DNA from: an uncultured virus (IMG/VR IMGVR_UViG_2061766007_000957)
Taxonomy: Duplodnaviria > Heunggongvirae > Uroviricota > Caudoviricetes
Length of the DNA stretch: 64,000 nucleotides
Virus record (IMG/VR): IMGVR_UViG_2061766007_000957
Location: 1-64,000 of that record
Direction: 5' to 3' (one strand)
How positions within the stretch are numbered: the stretch's first letter is position 1; each line of letters begins with the position of its first letter. Positions 9,553-19,354 of the stretch are shown piece by piece. The position numbers were made by a program, and so were the translations under genes. The notes beneath the pieces are model-generated. The model was not told where the DNA came from, made no database searches, and saw only the letters and a list, made by a program, of their open reading frames with translations.

Positions 9553-10911
9553 TTAGCCTAAGGAAATGATTCTGCCGATCGCGATCGCCTTATGAGCAAT
9601 GTAGATCTTATCCGAATTTTCTCTGCTATTTACCAGCTCCCAGTTATAACCGTTCTCAAGCTCTGCATTTGTCGGAGACAATGTAGACATAGAAGCCTGA
9701 GTGAAGCTAATACCATACGGGCTGAAGCACTTACGCTGTCTGCTGTAAAGTGTATCCTGACCACCGAAGCTCTTAGGATCACGGAACATTTCATACGGAA
9801 CTTTTGCACCGCAGTTCGTGTACTCAATAGCGCCATCACCAAAGATGTATGTCGTATACTGATTCTTGGCTTCCGGATCAGTAGCAGTCACAACAGAGAT
9901 CGTACCACCGGCCGGAGCAGTACCGATACCGGTTGTCTTGGTCTCGGGCTGACCTGCGCCATAATGACCAGTCTTCTCCGTTACTGTAAGAACTGCACCA
10001 TCTCTGGATACCGAATATACATTGGAGTTCCAAGCATTTGCAATGCCGGTTGCAACAGCTGTTGCTGTCTGTGTACCTGCTACAGTAAATTCAGCGCCAG
10101 CAACTTCGTATTTCTCACCAGTTGCAGGAGATCCGCCAATCGTTACTGTATAAACACCGGCCTTCGTGCCAACGCTGGCTACCGGCATGCTATCATCTAC
10201 AAGTACAAGACGACCGTTCAGCGTAGCCATGGAAGTGTCACGCTGCATACCGTTTGCATCATTGTACTTCAGGTATGTAAGCAGTTTCAGGTTTTCAAGG
10301 TTCGTAGCAACTGCGGAATGCATGATCGCAAGACTAAATTTGCCCTTATGATCACCACATGCTTTCTGCATTGCGGTATTAAGGGTCGTTGCATCCATGT
10401 GACCGGTCTGTCCTTCACTATTGGAAACAGCCACGATATTATGGGTATGCTTGTCAACAAATTCTGCACCAGCTTCATCATTCATGTTATAAACACCGTT
10501 CATGATATGAACCAGTGTCTCCTGATCGATCTCATCCCAATACTCGGAAATCTGCTGAGCAATATTCTCCATGAAATCTACGCCAGCTGTGATATCATAG
10601 GAGAAGTCTCTTTCTGTCCATGCTTTCGCACGACCTACAACGACTCTCGAATGGCTAAAAGTTTTGGTCTGATCTGCCGTGATATCTGTTACGCCATCAT
10701 AATTAAGAGGAACAGATCCACTGATAAGACCTTTGAGCGGGGTCGTAATGTAATGACCGCCTGTCTGATCCTTCATCGCACCTACCAGATCCTGTCTCTG
10801 CGTTACTGCGCGGGATTTGATCAGCTCGTTGAGTTTAGTATTCGGAATACGATCAACATATTTCTGGAATACTTCACCGTTAAAGATTTTAGAATTGAAA
10901 ATCTCTGACAT
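9553..10911 (-). CDS. Major capsid protein with internal beta-rich (Ig-like) insertion
   Basis: FNGEVF..YV, NYDGVTDI, GRAKAWTERDF, MHSAVATNLE, GGQDTLYSRQR motifs; follows the scaffold gene. Confidence 0.92.
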   Translation of the reverse strand: MSEIFNSKIFNGEVFQKYVDRIPNTKLNELIKSRAVTQRQDLVGAMKDQTGGHYITTPLKGLISGSVPLNYDGVTDITADQTKTFSHSRVVVGRAKAWTERDFSYDITAGVDFMENIAQQISEYWDEIDQETLVHIMNGVYNMNDEAGAEFVDKHTHNIVAVSNSEGQTGHMDATTLNTAMQKACGDHKGKFSLAIMHSAVATNLENLKLLTYLKYNDANGMQRDTSMATLNGRLVLVDDSMPVASVGTKAGVYTVTIGGSPATGEKYEVAGAEFTVAGTQTATAVATGIANAWNSNVYSVSRDGAVLTVTEKTGHYGAGQPETKTTGIGTAPAGGTISVVTATDPEAKNQYTTYIFGDGAIEYTNCGAKVPYEMFRDPKSFGGQDTLYSRQRKCFSPYGISFTQASMSTLSPTNAELENGYNWELVNSRENSDKIYIAHKAIAIGRIISLG

Positions 10912-10951
10912 TTTTCTTTTCTCCCTTCACCTTATTGATTAAAATTTTGGT

Positions 10952-11641
10952 TTACTGTATCGTTAACCCCGGATTTTCGTTTGCAGCTATCATCATCTCT
11001 GTTAATGATACTGGTTTCGCCGCAACCGTTCCCGGAGTAGAACTAACAAACTGAGGTTGCGGTTTTACAGACTGGGGAGCTGGTGTCATTACCTGCGGAG
11101 CTTCGGGAGCCTTTACTGCGAAGGAATCTGCATTTTCTTCCCTATAAGCTGCCGTGAAATCTTCTCTACCAAGAATGTTGCCATTCTTATCCAGCTTCAA
11201 ATCTGCATCCAACATAGAACGAATAAACTCTCTTTTTGCAGCTGCGCTTGTGAAGTCCTGTTTATCTGCAAATCTAGTTACTGCAAACTCATAAGCCTGC
11301 TGATGTAACTGCTGTTTTGAGGTTTTCATATCCTCATCATACTTGCCTTGCAGATCCGTTAAAGCTGCCTGAAGTTCATCTAATTTGATGTATCCTTCAC
11401 CGGCTTCTTTCAGCTGTGCCTGCAAATCCGCTAAGTCAACATCCCGCGATCCAACCGTTTCATTCAGGAGTTCAATCTCCTTTATCTTTGCTGACAGATC
11501 ATCTTCGTATTTATGCTTTGATACATAATTACCTTCGTTGAGATCCGTGAACTTTGCATTGGCTTCCTTTGCCAGCGCTTCAAACTGTTGGTAGGTCAGT
11601 ACTCCGTCCTTAGCCTTGTCAAAAAGTTCCTTTACCTTCAT
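10952..11641 (-). CDS. Capsid scaffolding protein (GP20-like)
   Basis: GNYVSKHKY motif, coiled coil, Pro-rich tail; GGAGG RBS before the ATG at 11641. Confidence 0.8.
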   Translation of the reverse strand: MKVKELFDKAKDGVLTYQQFEALAKEANAKFTDLNEGNYVSKHKYEDDLSAKIKEIELLNETVGSRDVDLADLQAQLKEAGEGYIKLDELQAALTDLQGKYDEDMKTSKQQLHQQAYEFAVTRFADKQDFTSAAAKREFIRSMLDADLKLDKNGNILGREDFTAAYREENADSFAVKAPEAPQVMTPAPQSVKPQPQFVSSTPGTVAAKPVSLTEMMIAANENPGLTIQ

Positions 11642-11668
11642 TCTATTTTCCTCCATTCTTGTTTATAT

Positions 11669-11747
11669 CTGCCTATTTTATAACGCCGCTAGCAGTTTGC
11701 GGAGAATGAATTTTGTTTGGGTGTTTTTAACGGTTGTCACCCACAAC
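11669..11747 (-). ncRNA. Tandem pseudoknots in the scaffold-gene leader
   Basis: GUUGU-GGGUG-ACAAC-CGUUAAAAA-CACCC and CCGC-AAACUGCUA-GCGG-CGUUAUAAAA-UAGGCAG; both carry a CGUUA(A/U)AAA linker. Confidence 0.55.
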
Positions 11748-11757
11748 TTAAAAAGGT

Positions 11758-11797
11758 AGAAGGATGGAAAAGTGTTGCGCAACTTTTCCATCCTTCT
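11758..11797 (-). terminator. 16-bp hairpin followed by U-run (terminator/attenuator)
   Basis: AGAAGGATGGAAAAGT / ACTTTTCCATCCTTCT perfect inverted repeat, then ACCTTTTT on the minus strand. Confidence 0.6.
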
Positions 11798-11830
11798 TGG
11801 CCAAAGAAGTAAGTCTATTACTTCGTACTA

Positions 11831-11859
11831 ATTATATAACACTATTTGATAAATGTAAA
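11831..11859 (-). promoter_or_regulatory. Sigma-A promoter for the head operon
   Basis: TTTACA-17 bp-TATAAT. Confidence 0.75.
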
Positions 11860-11870
11860 CGACAAAATGG

Positions 11871-13100
11871 TTATTTTGTTGATATCTTTTTATATCCAGC
11901 AACTGTCAATTTATCTTTGCGTGGGCTCAAATTCATTTGTTCTTTTGCAAGCTTATTAAACGCATTATACTCTTTTGTTTTTTGATTTACTTTAGCCTGC
12001 AATTGTTTAGCTAATTCTTCATCTCCGGCCTGCTCCGCTATCATTTGAGCTTCCTTTGCTTTACGGACTTCCAGTGCAAGTTTATTTTGATGCTGCGTGG
12101 CTTCATACCCGGTTAAATGTTTGCCATTTGGTAATGTCATTCCCCGATTATTGTCTTCTAGGATCTTATCCAACTGTTCTTGTGTGTAGGTTGGAACTAC
12201 TCCATCCAATACAATCGGGTATGCAAAGTGTTTACAATTCCATTGACCTATAATACGTTTTTGTGCTGGGAATCGTTTACCATTGATATCTTTGAATCTC
12301 TTATTGGCTTGAAGCCTTGCATATTGCCTTGCAGTGAATATATGACCTTGAAATGGTGCATGATCCGGAGCTGGGTTATAATGGGCTGTCAATTCATATC
12401 CATTAGATCCAAATTGTCTACCAACAAAATCCATTACTTTCTGATTTATCTGACGGATGCCATCTAAAATATTTCGAATTACCGCCGTATCCATTCTTTG
12501 TTTATAGCCACTTTCATATGTAACTGTTTTTAGCCCACTGCTTCCCAGCTGCTTCATAGTACGCCGTATAGCGGTATTATAATCAATAACTCCACTTTGA
12601 GCTGCCTGTACGGCTTCGTCTATTATTGTCTTATATGTCTGCTCCGCATTATAGAACTTTGTCTTTTTTGGGTTTCTCAAATCTCTGAGTGTAAACCCTA
12701 TCATTGTTGAATTTGATAAGTTCTTGAACGACTTTTGTGTTTGCTCTGATACGGCATAAATTATTTTTTGCAGGGCTATATTCTCCGCAATCGGTATATA
12801 GGACAGTTGTCGGTAATCATAATATGGCTTTGCCTCGGCATACGCATCTGCTGCAACATATCGTATCAATTTTTTAATCTCTTTTTCTTGCAGACCACTG
12901 ACCTGTGCTATCATCCTATTGATAGATTTTACGTCAGCTCCCATTTGGTAAAGGCGTTCCAGTTTATATATATCTGATGGGAGAAGCCTTCCTATTTGCT
13001 TCACTCGTTTGGCAATTAAATTAACAATATAAACTTCTATCATTTTTTGCCGATCAACGAATGGTTGTATTAAGTTATCAATATCAATATTTGATAACAT
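11871..13100 (-). CDS. Minor capsid protein (Phage_min_cap2 / MuF-like)
   Basis: YESG, H...AP.H...QG, WNCKH and YEATQ motifs; follows the portal gene. Confidence 0.85.
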   Translation of the reverse strand: MLSNIDIDNLIQPFVDRQKMIEVYIVNLIAKRVKQIGRLLPSDIYKLERLYQMGADVKSINRMIAQVSGLQEKEIKKLIRYVAADAYAEAKPYYDYRQLSYIPIAENIALQKIIYAVSEQTQKSFKNLSNSTMIGFTLRDLRNPKKTKFYNAEQTYKTIIDEAVQAAQSGVIDYNTAIRRTMKQLGSSGLKTVTYESGYKQRMDTAVIRNILDGIRQINQKVMDFVGRQFGSNGYELTAHYNPAPDHAPFQGHIFTARQYARLQANKRFKDINGKRFPAQKRIIGQWNCKHFAYPIVLDGVVPTYTQEQLDKILEDNNRGMTLPNGKHLTGYEATQHQNKLALEVRKAKEAQMIAEQAGDEELAKQLQAKVNQKTKEYNAFNKLAKEQMNLSPRKDKLTVAGYKKISTK

Positions 13101-14815
13101 TACTGATTATCCTTTTTCTCCTGCTTATCTTTACCGCCCTTATTTTTATTGAATGGGAAATCCTGATCTTCATCGTCATTATCATAATTGGCTTTCATGA
13201 TCATATCATTCTCCATACTTTCCATGGCTTCTTTATCCGCAGATGCTAATGCCTGCTGAGCCTGCCGTTCAGTTTCACCAAAGTACCACATACGCATCTC
13301 CAGCTTTGACATAATACCATTCTGCATAAGGGTAATACGTTTATTGATCTCTTCATTGATATCAACAATAATACTATCATCCCATTCAAAGCTGATATCA
13401 TATTCTCCAGCTTTTGTGATCTCATATAAATCACAATAGGTATTCATGATATAAACCACTTCCCGAAGGGTATCTTCCAAGGTCTGCTGAATATCTAAGT
13501 TTGCTTGGAAGCTTCGCTGCTTTAAGATCTTCAGTTCGGTTGCCGTCTTTGCTTCTGAGCTGGCATCACTTAATGTTCCACGGGATATACTGCATACATC
13601 TTCTATGCGCATCAAAATACCATTCAATCCATTGATATAGTTTTGATCCCTTAATGCAGGCGAATACGGAATGAAGGTATCACCAGAAGTGCTCAAGTCA
13701 ACTTTTCTATAAAGTCGTTCCTGCATATGGGATAATACTTCATGATCAAGCCCATCAGCTCCAACCTGCGTCTTCAATGCATCTCGGTCAATATCAATTG
13801 CCATTTCGCCAGCTTCATATTCCCATAATAACCGGCTGTACTGCATATCTGCGTCCTTAATAAGGGATACTGCTCTGCTATAACCGGAAACGCCAAGAGG
13901 TGAGTTAGGATCTATTGTATTTGCTTCGGGCATTTTGAAATAAGAAAATAAAGGCTGTGTGACATTCTTTATAACGGTTTTTTCCTGCAGCCCGCTCCAT
14001 TCAGGTACTTCTTTCAATGGGCATTCCGTTCCAAGGCTGACAACTCTGTCCATAGACATATATACGTCCATATTGTTTGTTCTAAATGCTTTATTGATTA
14101 CAGTAACCTGATTCTTCTGCCATTTATGATATTCAAGCCTGCGATATATGGTATTCTTATCTACTTTTGTCTGAACGAATGCTGCTTCTGTTATATGCCC
14201 ACTTGCATCAAACGCCAGCGGATAAAAGTTATCTGCCTGAATAAAATCAAATTCAATATCGGCTGTATATTCTATATCTTCTCCTTCATTCATCACTACA
14301 TAAGGCTTAATAACCAAACCGCCTTTTGCAATTCCGTATTCGAGCTGTTTACGAAGCTGCTTTTTCAGCTTCTTATATTGCTCTTCCAAATAAGTTGCCC
14401 TATCATCTGAGGACTTGGGGACATCTTCTTTGATCATCTTTGGTTCCATGATAGGAACAAGATTGCCAAACTCGTCCGGTTCAGGTTGCTGATAATCCGG
14501 ATTTTCTATTTCCTTTTGTTCTGTGGCCACTGTAATTTCACTATTAAATTCGATCAACGCCATACGAGCTTTTTCGCTGGCAATCATAGCAGGCAACCCA
14601 AGACTAACTACCCTTGTATGATCTTCACTGTTTGGTTCATGGATCCAATCCGATTTGTTTCTATACATCTTATCCCATAGGATAATTGACTGCTCCATCT
14701 CTGTTGAAATGATGGGAGCTATGTTGATATCTAATGCTTCTCCTATTGTCGTCCCTGCAAACATTTTTTTCCATATTCCTTTCAATACATTTTTTATTGA
14801 ACTAAAGTTAATCAT
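13100..14815 (-). CDS. Portal protein (SPP1 gp6 / A118-like)
   Basis: GG.VIKPY, FYPL.FD, ANTIDPNSPLGVS, KTATE, FEWDDS motifs. Confidence 0.92.
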   Translation of the reverse strand: MINFSSIKNVLKGIWKKMFAGTTIGEALDINIAPIISTEMEQSIILWDKMYRNKSDWIHEPNSEDHTRVVSLGLPAMIASEKARMALIEFNSEITVATEQKEIENPDYQQPEPDEFGNLVPIMEPKMIKEDVPKSSDDRATYLEEQYKKLKKQLRKQLEYGIAKGGLVIKPYVVMNEGEDIEYTADIEFDFIQADNFYPLAFDASGHITEAAFVQTKVDKNTIYRRLEYHKWQKNQVTVINKAFRTNNMDVYMSMDRVVSLGTECPLKEVPEWSGLQEKTVIKNVTQPLFSYFKMPEANTIDPNSPLGVSGYSRAVSLIKDADMQYSRLLWEYEAGEMAIDIDRDALKTQVGADGLDHEVLSHMQERLYRKVDLSTSGDTFIPYSPALRDQNYINGLNGILMRIEDVCSISRGTLSDASSEAKTATELKILKQRSFQANLDIQQTLEDTLREVVYIMNTYCDLYEITKAGEYDISFEWDDSIIVDINEEINKRITLMQNGIMSKLEMRMWYFGETERQAQQALASADKEAMESMENDMIMKANYDNDDEDQDFPFNKNKGGKDKQEKKDNQ

Positions 14816-15453
14816 TATTGAACCTCTACCTTTATTAAGATTTCAACTTTATGCTTTCTACTTTTAATAGCTTCACTAATCTTTCTTTTATGTTCTTCTG
14901 ACATTGGCCCCCTCTTTCGTCCGAGTTGAGATTCTCTTAATTTCTGAATAGTTTCTTTTGACTTAGGTTTTCCGAGATTAGCTTGTCTAATTTTTTCTTT
15001 AGCTTCGGCGGTATGGTGCTTTCCTTTCATAGGGCTGACGCATCCTTTATTTCTGCCTTTAGTCAATTCACTAAACTTCTTTTTCCTTTCATCCGTCCAT
15101 AATTTACCTTTATGTCCTCGAGATATTTTTTTCTTTGCTTCCTCAGTGTGGTTAAAATGATATCCTGAACTATGTTCTCCGCCTAAAGCAGCATTGTAAC
15201 CATATTTATGATCTGTAGAATTATACTTATCTATTAAAAATCTTTCACATTCATAAGCTTTATCAATTGATATATTATCAATCAATACTATATGCTGAAT
15301 ATTATCCCATCCATATTTTTTTATGGCGTTGAATATTCGCGGCTGCCCTTTATATCCTTTTCCATTTTCCCATCTATCATTAGCTTTCTTTTTCTCTGTT
15401 ACACCAATATATATCTTATCATTTGGGAAAACATGAACATATACCAGAGCCAT
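14815..15453 (-). mobile_element. Free-standing GIY-YIG homing endonuclease with NUMOD3 repeats
   Basis: VY......KIYIG.T, AIKKYGWDN, E..LI, GYN...GG, then repeated H(T/S)EE.K.KI(S/R) motifs. Confidence 0.88.
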
Positions 15454-15472
15454 TTACCAGATCTCCTTTAAT

Positions 15473-15583
15473 TTATTCACTATCGCTGACCACATCGTCA
15501 TCTACCTCTTCTTCGTCCTCCGGACCACCACACATCAAATCACATAAATCTTCCCATGTTAGATTTTCGAATACCTCTCCCAT
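15473..15583 (-). CDS. Small highly acidic protein (36 aa)
   Basis: GGAGG RBS; MGEVFENLTWEDLCDLMCGGPEDEEEVDDDVVSDSE; below the ORF-track cutoff. Confidence 0.65.
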   Translation of the reverse strand: MGEVFENLTWEDLCDLMCGGPEDEEEVDDDVVSDSE

Positions 15584-15587
15584 AGTC

Positions 15588-16103
15588 TTACCTCCGTTTC
15601 TTGTAATCGGACAATGCCTGCTTCGCTACAAATTTGACAGCTTCAATATCTGCTTCGTCCATATTTGTCTTATCTATTAAATAATTGAACAGTGCCTTCG
15701 GAAAAACTAATCCATTGGATACCGTATACCCATTTCCATGCAGAGCTTCCTTCGCACTTTTTTCATCCGGCCGTGCTTCAAATTCAAATCCAGCATGATC
15801 ACCAGTCTCTTTATCTTTACCGGAAAACCTCCAAACAATTTCATCCTCATAATCAGCACTAGGCTGAATCATATCTTCGCCAGATTCTTCAAAATGTCCT
15901 AAGATTTTATCGACTCTTTCCATTGTATCTTTAGACATATGTTCCTGAAGAAATTCTGATTCCTTCCATACCTTAGCCATACGTTTCTTTACCTTGGTTT
16001 CGATGCTGGATCTGGTATCGTTTTTTTCAGATTCATATCCATCTTCATAAATCGGAATATGATTTCCATTAACTGTGATCCACGCTTTCGGTTCTTTGCT
16101 CAT
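15588..16103 (-). CDS. WITxNG-tagged hypothetical protein
   Basis: N-terminus MSKEPKAWITVNGNHIPIYEDG. Confidence 0.85.
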   Translation of the reverse strand: MSKEPKAWITVNGNHIPIYEDGYESEKNDTRSSIETKVKKRMAKVWKESEFLQEHMSKDTMERVDKILGHFEESGEDMIQPSADYEDEIVWRFSGKDKETGDHAGFEFEARPDEKSAKEALHGNGYTVSNGLVFPKALFNYLIDKTNMDEADIEAVKFVAKQALSDYKKRR

Positions 16104-16372
16104 CTATAAAACCCTAACCTTTCTGCAAGATAGTCATATAGCTCTTCCTGCTGCTGCTCTGTCAAATCCCTGAATGCTTTGTACCCATAAATAACGCCCC
16201 ATAGGTCAACATCTTCGCCCATCAGGTTTGCTTTATCGAATGCCTTCTCAATCCACTTTGTCATTTTAGGATTATCTTTTTCGAATGACAATAAAGGACT
16301 CTTTTCGTCTTTTTCAAATACAGGGATATGCTTACCGTTTATGGTGATCCACTGCTTTACTTCCTTCTCCAT
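16100..16372 (-). CDS. WITxNG-tagged hypothetical protein
   Basis: AGGAG RBS before the ATG at 16372; MEKEVKQWITINGKHIPVFE. Confidence 0.85.
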   Translation of the reverse strand: MEKEVKQWITINGKHIPVFEKDEKSPLLSFEKDNPKMTKWIEKAFDKANLMGEDVDLWGVIYGYKAFRDLTEQQQEELYDYLAERLGFYR

Positions 16373-17013
16373 GATAACTCCTTTTCTAATTGTATTATAA
16401 GGCATGGTTCATTCCAATACAATGCCATTATCTGTTGAAGGGATTCATGCCTTCCTTCATTTATCAATGAACCGCCAATTAGATGATCCACATGATTGAC
16501 GATGTTAGGTTTTAGATTCAAAACATGAATGCTGGGATACTTGAGTTTTAAGAAATCCCAAAATAAAACATCCACATGCTTTTTGACTTCTATATAAGCA
16601 GCATACTTTACCTGCACTTCTTCGCTGGCATACCACTCGACAAACTCCCGCATGATATCATTTGGTATTCTAATGCAGGGAAATGAATACCACATCTTGT
16701 CTAATGTGACAAAGCCAATTTCAGCTCTACTTTTTGAATAATCATTTACAAAGCCACAGACAATTCCATCATCATATGAATGTGTCAGGGCTCTAAAATT
16801 ACTGCTTATGATAACGTCATCCTGCAGATGCCATGTGCCATCTCCTTGACAAAGTTTCCAGCTTTGCATGAATGCTTTCAAACAGCCTTCTTGCTGTTCA
16901 TCATTATAAATGACAATATCCTGCCTGTGAATGCCTTGATCCTGCATGGATGGGATCAAGTATTCATCAACGTACCATTTTCTTTTTGGACAGGTATGTA
17001 TTAGATATTGCAT
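16357..17013 (-). CDS. Glycosyltransferase-like protein (GT-A fold)
   Basis: IH.CP.R, HLQDDV (DXD-like), SFPCI and P.IVNHV motifs. Confidence 0.65.
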   Translation of the reverse strand: MQYLIHTCPKRKWYVDEYLIPSMQDQGIHRQDIVIYNDEQQEGCLKAFMQSWKLCQGDGTWHLQDDVIISSNFRALTHSYDDGIVCGFVNDYSKSRAEIGFVTLDKMWYSFPCIRIPNDIMREFVEWYASEEVQVKYAAYIEVKKHVDVLFWDFLKLKYPSIHVLNLKPNIVNHVDHLIGGSLINEGRHESLQQIMALYWNEPCLIIQLEKELSWRRK

Positions 17014-17645
17014 ATAAATCTCAACTCCCGTTCCAATGCGCGCTGTTCATCGTCATCATGTAGATCCACCGTATAGTCATTTATGACCGTATAATTGGTT
17101 TTGATCTCATTGAGTGGTGTTCCTTTTATGACCTGCCATAACTCCCACGCCAGCGCCTCCCGTCTAAATTTGCCAGCGCTTTCAAGTCGTTTTGTCTTTT
17201 CAACACACTTCCAAAATCTGTCAATATCCTGCACCTTTAATGCAAAAGGTTCCGCATGATGTTTTGTATAATGACCTGCAAATGGAGCGGCGCTGGCAAA
17301 AAACTCAATATCATCAGTTTTTGTTCCAACAATAGTCGCTATGGCATATCGGCTATAAAATACATCTCCCATTAAATAACAAACCGGGTCTTTCGTTTTA
17401 TAAAAAGCATTTACCCAATGATATTTCTTCCTCCGCCTCCGGACATAATTATCATGATGTAAAACCGGGACGCCTAAGTGATCAAACTTATCGGTATCAC
17501 TGCTAATAGCTATGTCAGTTACATGGTACCGTCTTAATAAAGCAATTGTCCGCTCGATAAGTGTTTGTCCAAAAATGGATCTAAGTGGGTTTGGTATTTC
17601 CTGCTTTACTACCCTAGGACCTCCGCACATGATAATATACTTCAT
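17001..17645 (-). CDS. NTP-transferase / sugar or choline-phosphate nucleotidyltransferase-like protein
   Basis: MKYIIMCGG, G.TLIERTI.LL, YLMGDV and C-terminal DYTVD..D motifs. Confidence 0.65.
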   Translation of the reverse strand: MKYIIMCGGPRVVKQEIPNPLRSIFGQTLIERTIALLRRYHVTDIAISSDTDKFDHLGVPVLHHDNYVRRRRKKYHWVNAFYKTKDPVCYLMGDVFYSRYAIATIVGTKTDDIEFFASAAPFAGHYTKHHAEPFALKVQDIDRFWKCVEKTKRLESAGKFRREALAWELWQVIKGTPLNEIKTNYTVINDYTVDLHDDDEQRALERELRFICNI

Positions 17646-18032
17646 CTAATCTATAGTCTCCAAATAGAATTTACCATCCTTCGATTTAGTGAATTGAAGG
17701 TTTGCATGACTGCCATCTGCAAAAACCCATGCACCTATCTTTTGTCCACCATAACCTACCCATTCGCCATTCTTAACCATTTGAACTTCGCCGCTGGGAA
17801 GATCATATTTCTCAGCATAATCCTCCAGATCACTTTTGCTGATTGTTCCTTTGTATTTTCGCAGGCCTTCAAGTAAGCTGGTCTCAAATTCATCCCGATG
17901 GGGATTGATAACTTCTTTCTTCTTCTCCGGAGCTTTCTTCGGTGGCTCTCCAAAAACATCTTCTCCATTCGGTCCTCGGAACACTGGAATATGATGCCCT
18001 TCAATTGTTATCCATCTATACGGAATGCTCAT
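17646..18032 (-). CDS. WITxNG-tagged hypothetical protein
   Basis: N-terminus MSIPYRWITIEGHHIPVF. Confidence 0.8.
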   Translation of the reverse strand: MSIPYRWITIEGHHIPVFRGPNGEDVFGEPPKKAPEKKKEVINPHRDEFETSLLEGLRKYKGTISKSDLEDYAEKYDLPSGEVQMVKNGEWVGYGGQKIGAWVFADGSHANLQFTKSKDGKFYLETID

Positions 18033-18034
18033 AC

Positions 18035-19351
18035 TTAATTTCCTTTCTTATTTGCGTACTTCTGCAACGCATATCTTACTGCGTCAATACTATGGTTATT
18101 CTCATCGGGATAAGCACTAATAAAATTACCGTCCCTATCCTGCTCGTATTCGTATTCAACAAATTCCCTAAATGTATCCGGACATCTGCGCTTGTCAATG
18201 TAAATATGCGCTAAGCCCTGCAACCATTTAATGCCATAGTCCACCGACCCCGGTCCTTTATCCGCTTCGCGGGCATAAGCTCCAAACGCACGAAAGTCTG
18301 CAATGACAAATAACCCACCACCACCGGGATCGCATATTAGCTGATCCTGATTGGTTAGCAGCTTGCGTTGATTATAAAGCTGCTCATATATTTCCTGCGA
18401 TCGGTTTTTCTTTGTACTCATTTCATCAAAGATATATAAGTTTAGACGCTGGCGATCAAAATGACATTTCACATATCGGGTAGGATCCATAGCAAATCCA
18501 ACATCAAGGCCATGATAAATATGATCAAAAGTATCTATCATTGGCACTTCCCTTATTATCTTACCATCGGCATCCCTATATTGAACGGGCTGGGTCATAT
18601 CCAGGTCTTCCACATTTGGAAATACATCTCCGCCTGTACCTATGGCCTGTCCTAAATACTCATGAATGTATGCCCGCTCATTTATTTCCTTCAGGAAGTT
18701 TGCTTCCTCTATAAACTGCTCACCGAGCCATTCTTCGGGTACATCCAAATAAGTATTCCTGACAACTAACGTATCTTCCTGTCTAAATGTTTCACAATCA
18801 TCTGTATATTCATTAGCCCAGTTATTTTTCGATATCGGTGGGTTGAATGTCCTAAAATCCCAAAACTTATCGCCACCACGCATTGTGGACTGCATTACAT
18901 TACGCAGCTCATTTTCACCGCTATATTGATCCAGCTCCTCAAACCATGTTATACCAATGTAGCCGAAAGGTAATTTGATGGACTTTACCTTTTGCGGATC
19001 ATCAAGTCCCATAAACAAAATTTGCTGGCCAGTGGGTTCGTATATAATCGGTGTTGAAAAAGTCTTTGGGATCTTAAATAAGCTTTCCAGTCCCAGCTTA
19101 TAAATTCCCCATACGACCTGTGAAAAAATACTTTTCTGTACCGTATTACCGATCTTCCTAAAACAAATTGCATGACAATTTGGATTTGCCATGACCAACA
19201 GGGGGATCGCTATACCTCCCACAAACGAGGACTTTGTGGATCCACGTCCACCGGGAAATACGTAATGAGTGTGCCGATGATTTAGAATATCGCGCAACAC
19301 TGGCTTGTACATTTTAATAACTGCATCATCCAGATTGATATTCAGGTCCAT
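18035..19351 (-). CDS. terL: Terminase large subunit (PBSX family)
   Basis: Walker A GGRGSTKS, Walker B WFEE, TFNPP, nuclease GLDVGFAMDP and NHSIDAVRYA. Confidence 0.96.
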   Translation of the reverse strand: MDLNINLDDAVIKMYKPVLRDILNHRHTHYVFPGGRGSTKSSFVGGIAIPLLVMANPNCHAICFRKIGNTVQKSIFSQVVWGIYKLGLESLFKIPKTFSTPIIYEPTGQQILFMGLDDPQKVKSIKLPFGYIGITWFEELDQYSGENELRNVMQSTMRGGDKFWDFRTFNPPISKNNWANEYTDDCETFRQEDTLVVRNTYLDVPEEWLGEQFIEEANFLKEINERAYIHEYLGQAIGTGGDVFPNVEDLDMTQPVQYRDADGKIIREVPMIDTFDHIYHGLDVGFAMDPTRYVKCHFDRQRLNLYIFDEMSTKKNRSQEIYEQLYNQRKLLTNQDQLICDPGGGGLFVIADFRAFGAYAREADKGPGSVDYGIKWLQGLAHIYIDKRRCPDTFREFVEYEYEQDRDGNFISAYPDENNHSIDAVRYALQKYANKKGN

Positions 19352-19354
19352 GAT

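Noticed and set aside
9592..10908. 438-aa plus-strand ORF
   Set aside because: Antisense shadow of the major capsid gene; no RBS or recognisable motifs.
14815..15470. Group I intron around the homing endonuclease
   Set aside because: The portal gene appears intact and the flanks are too short for intron core elements.
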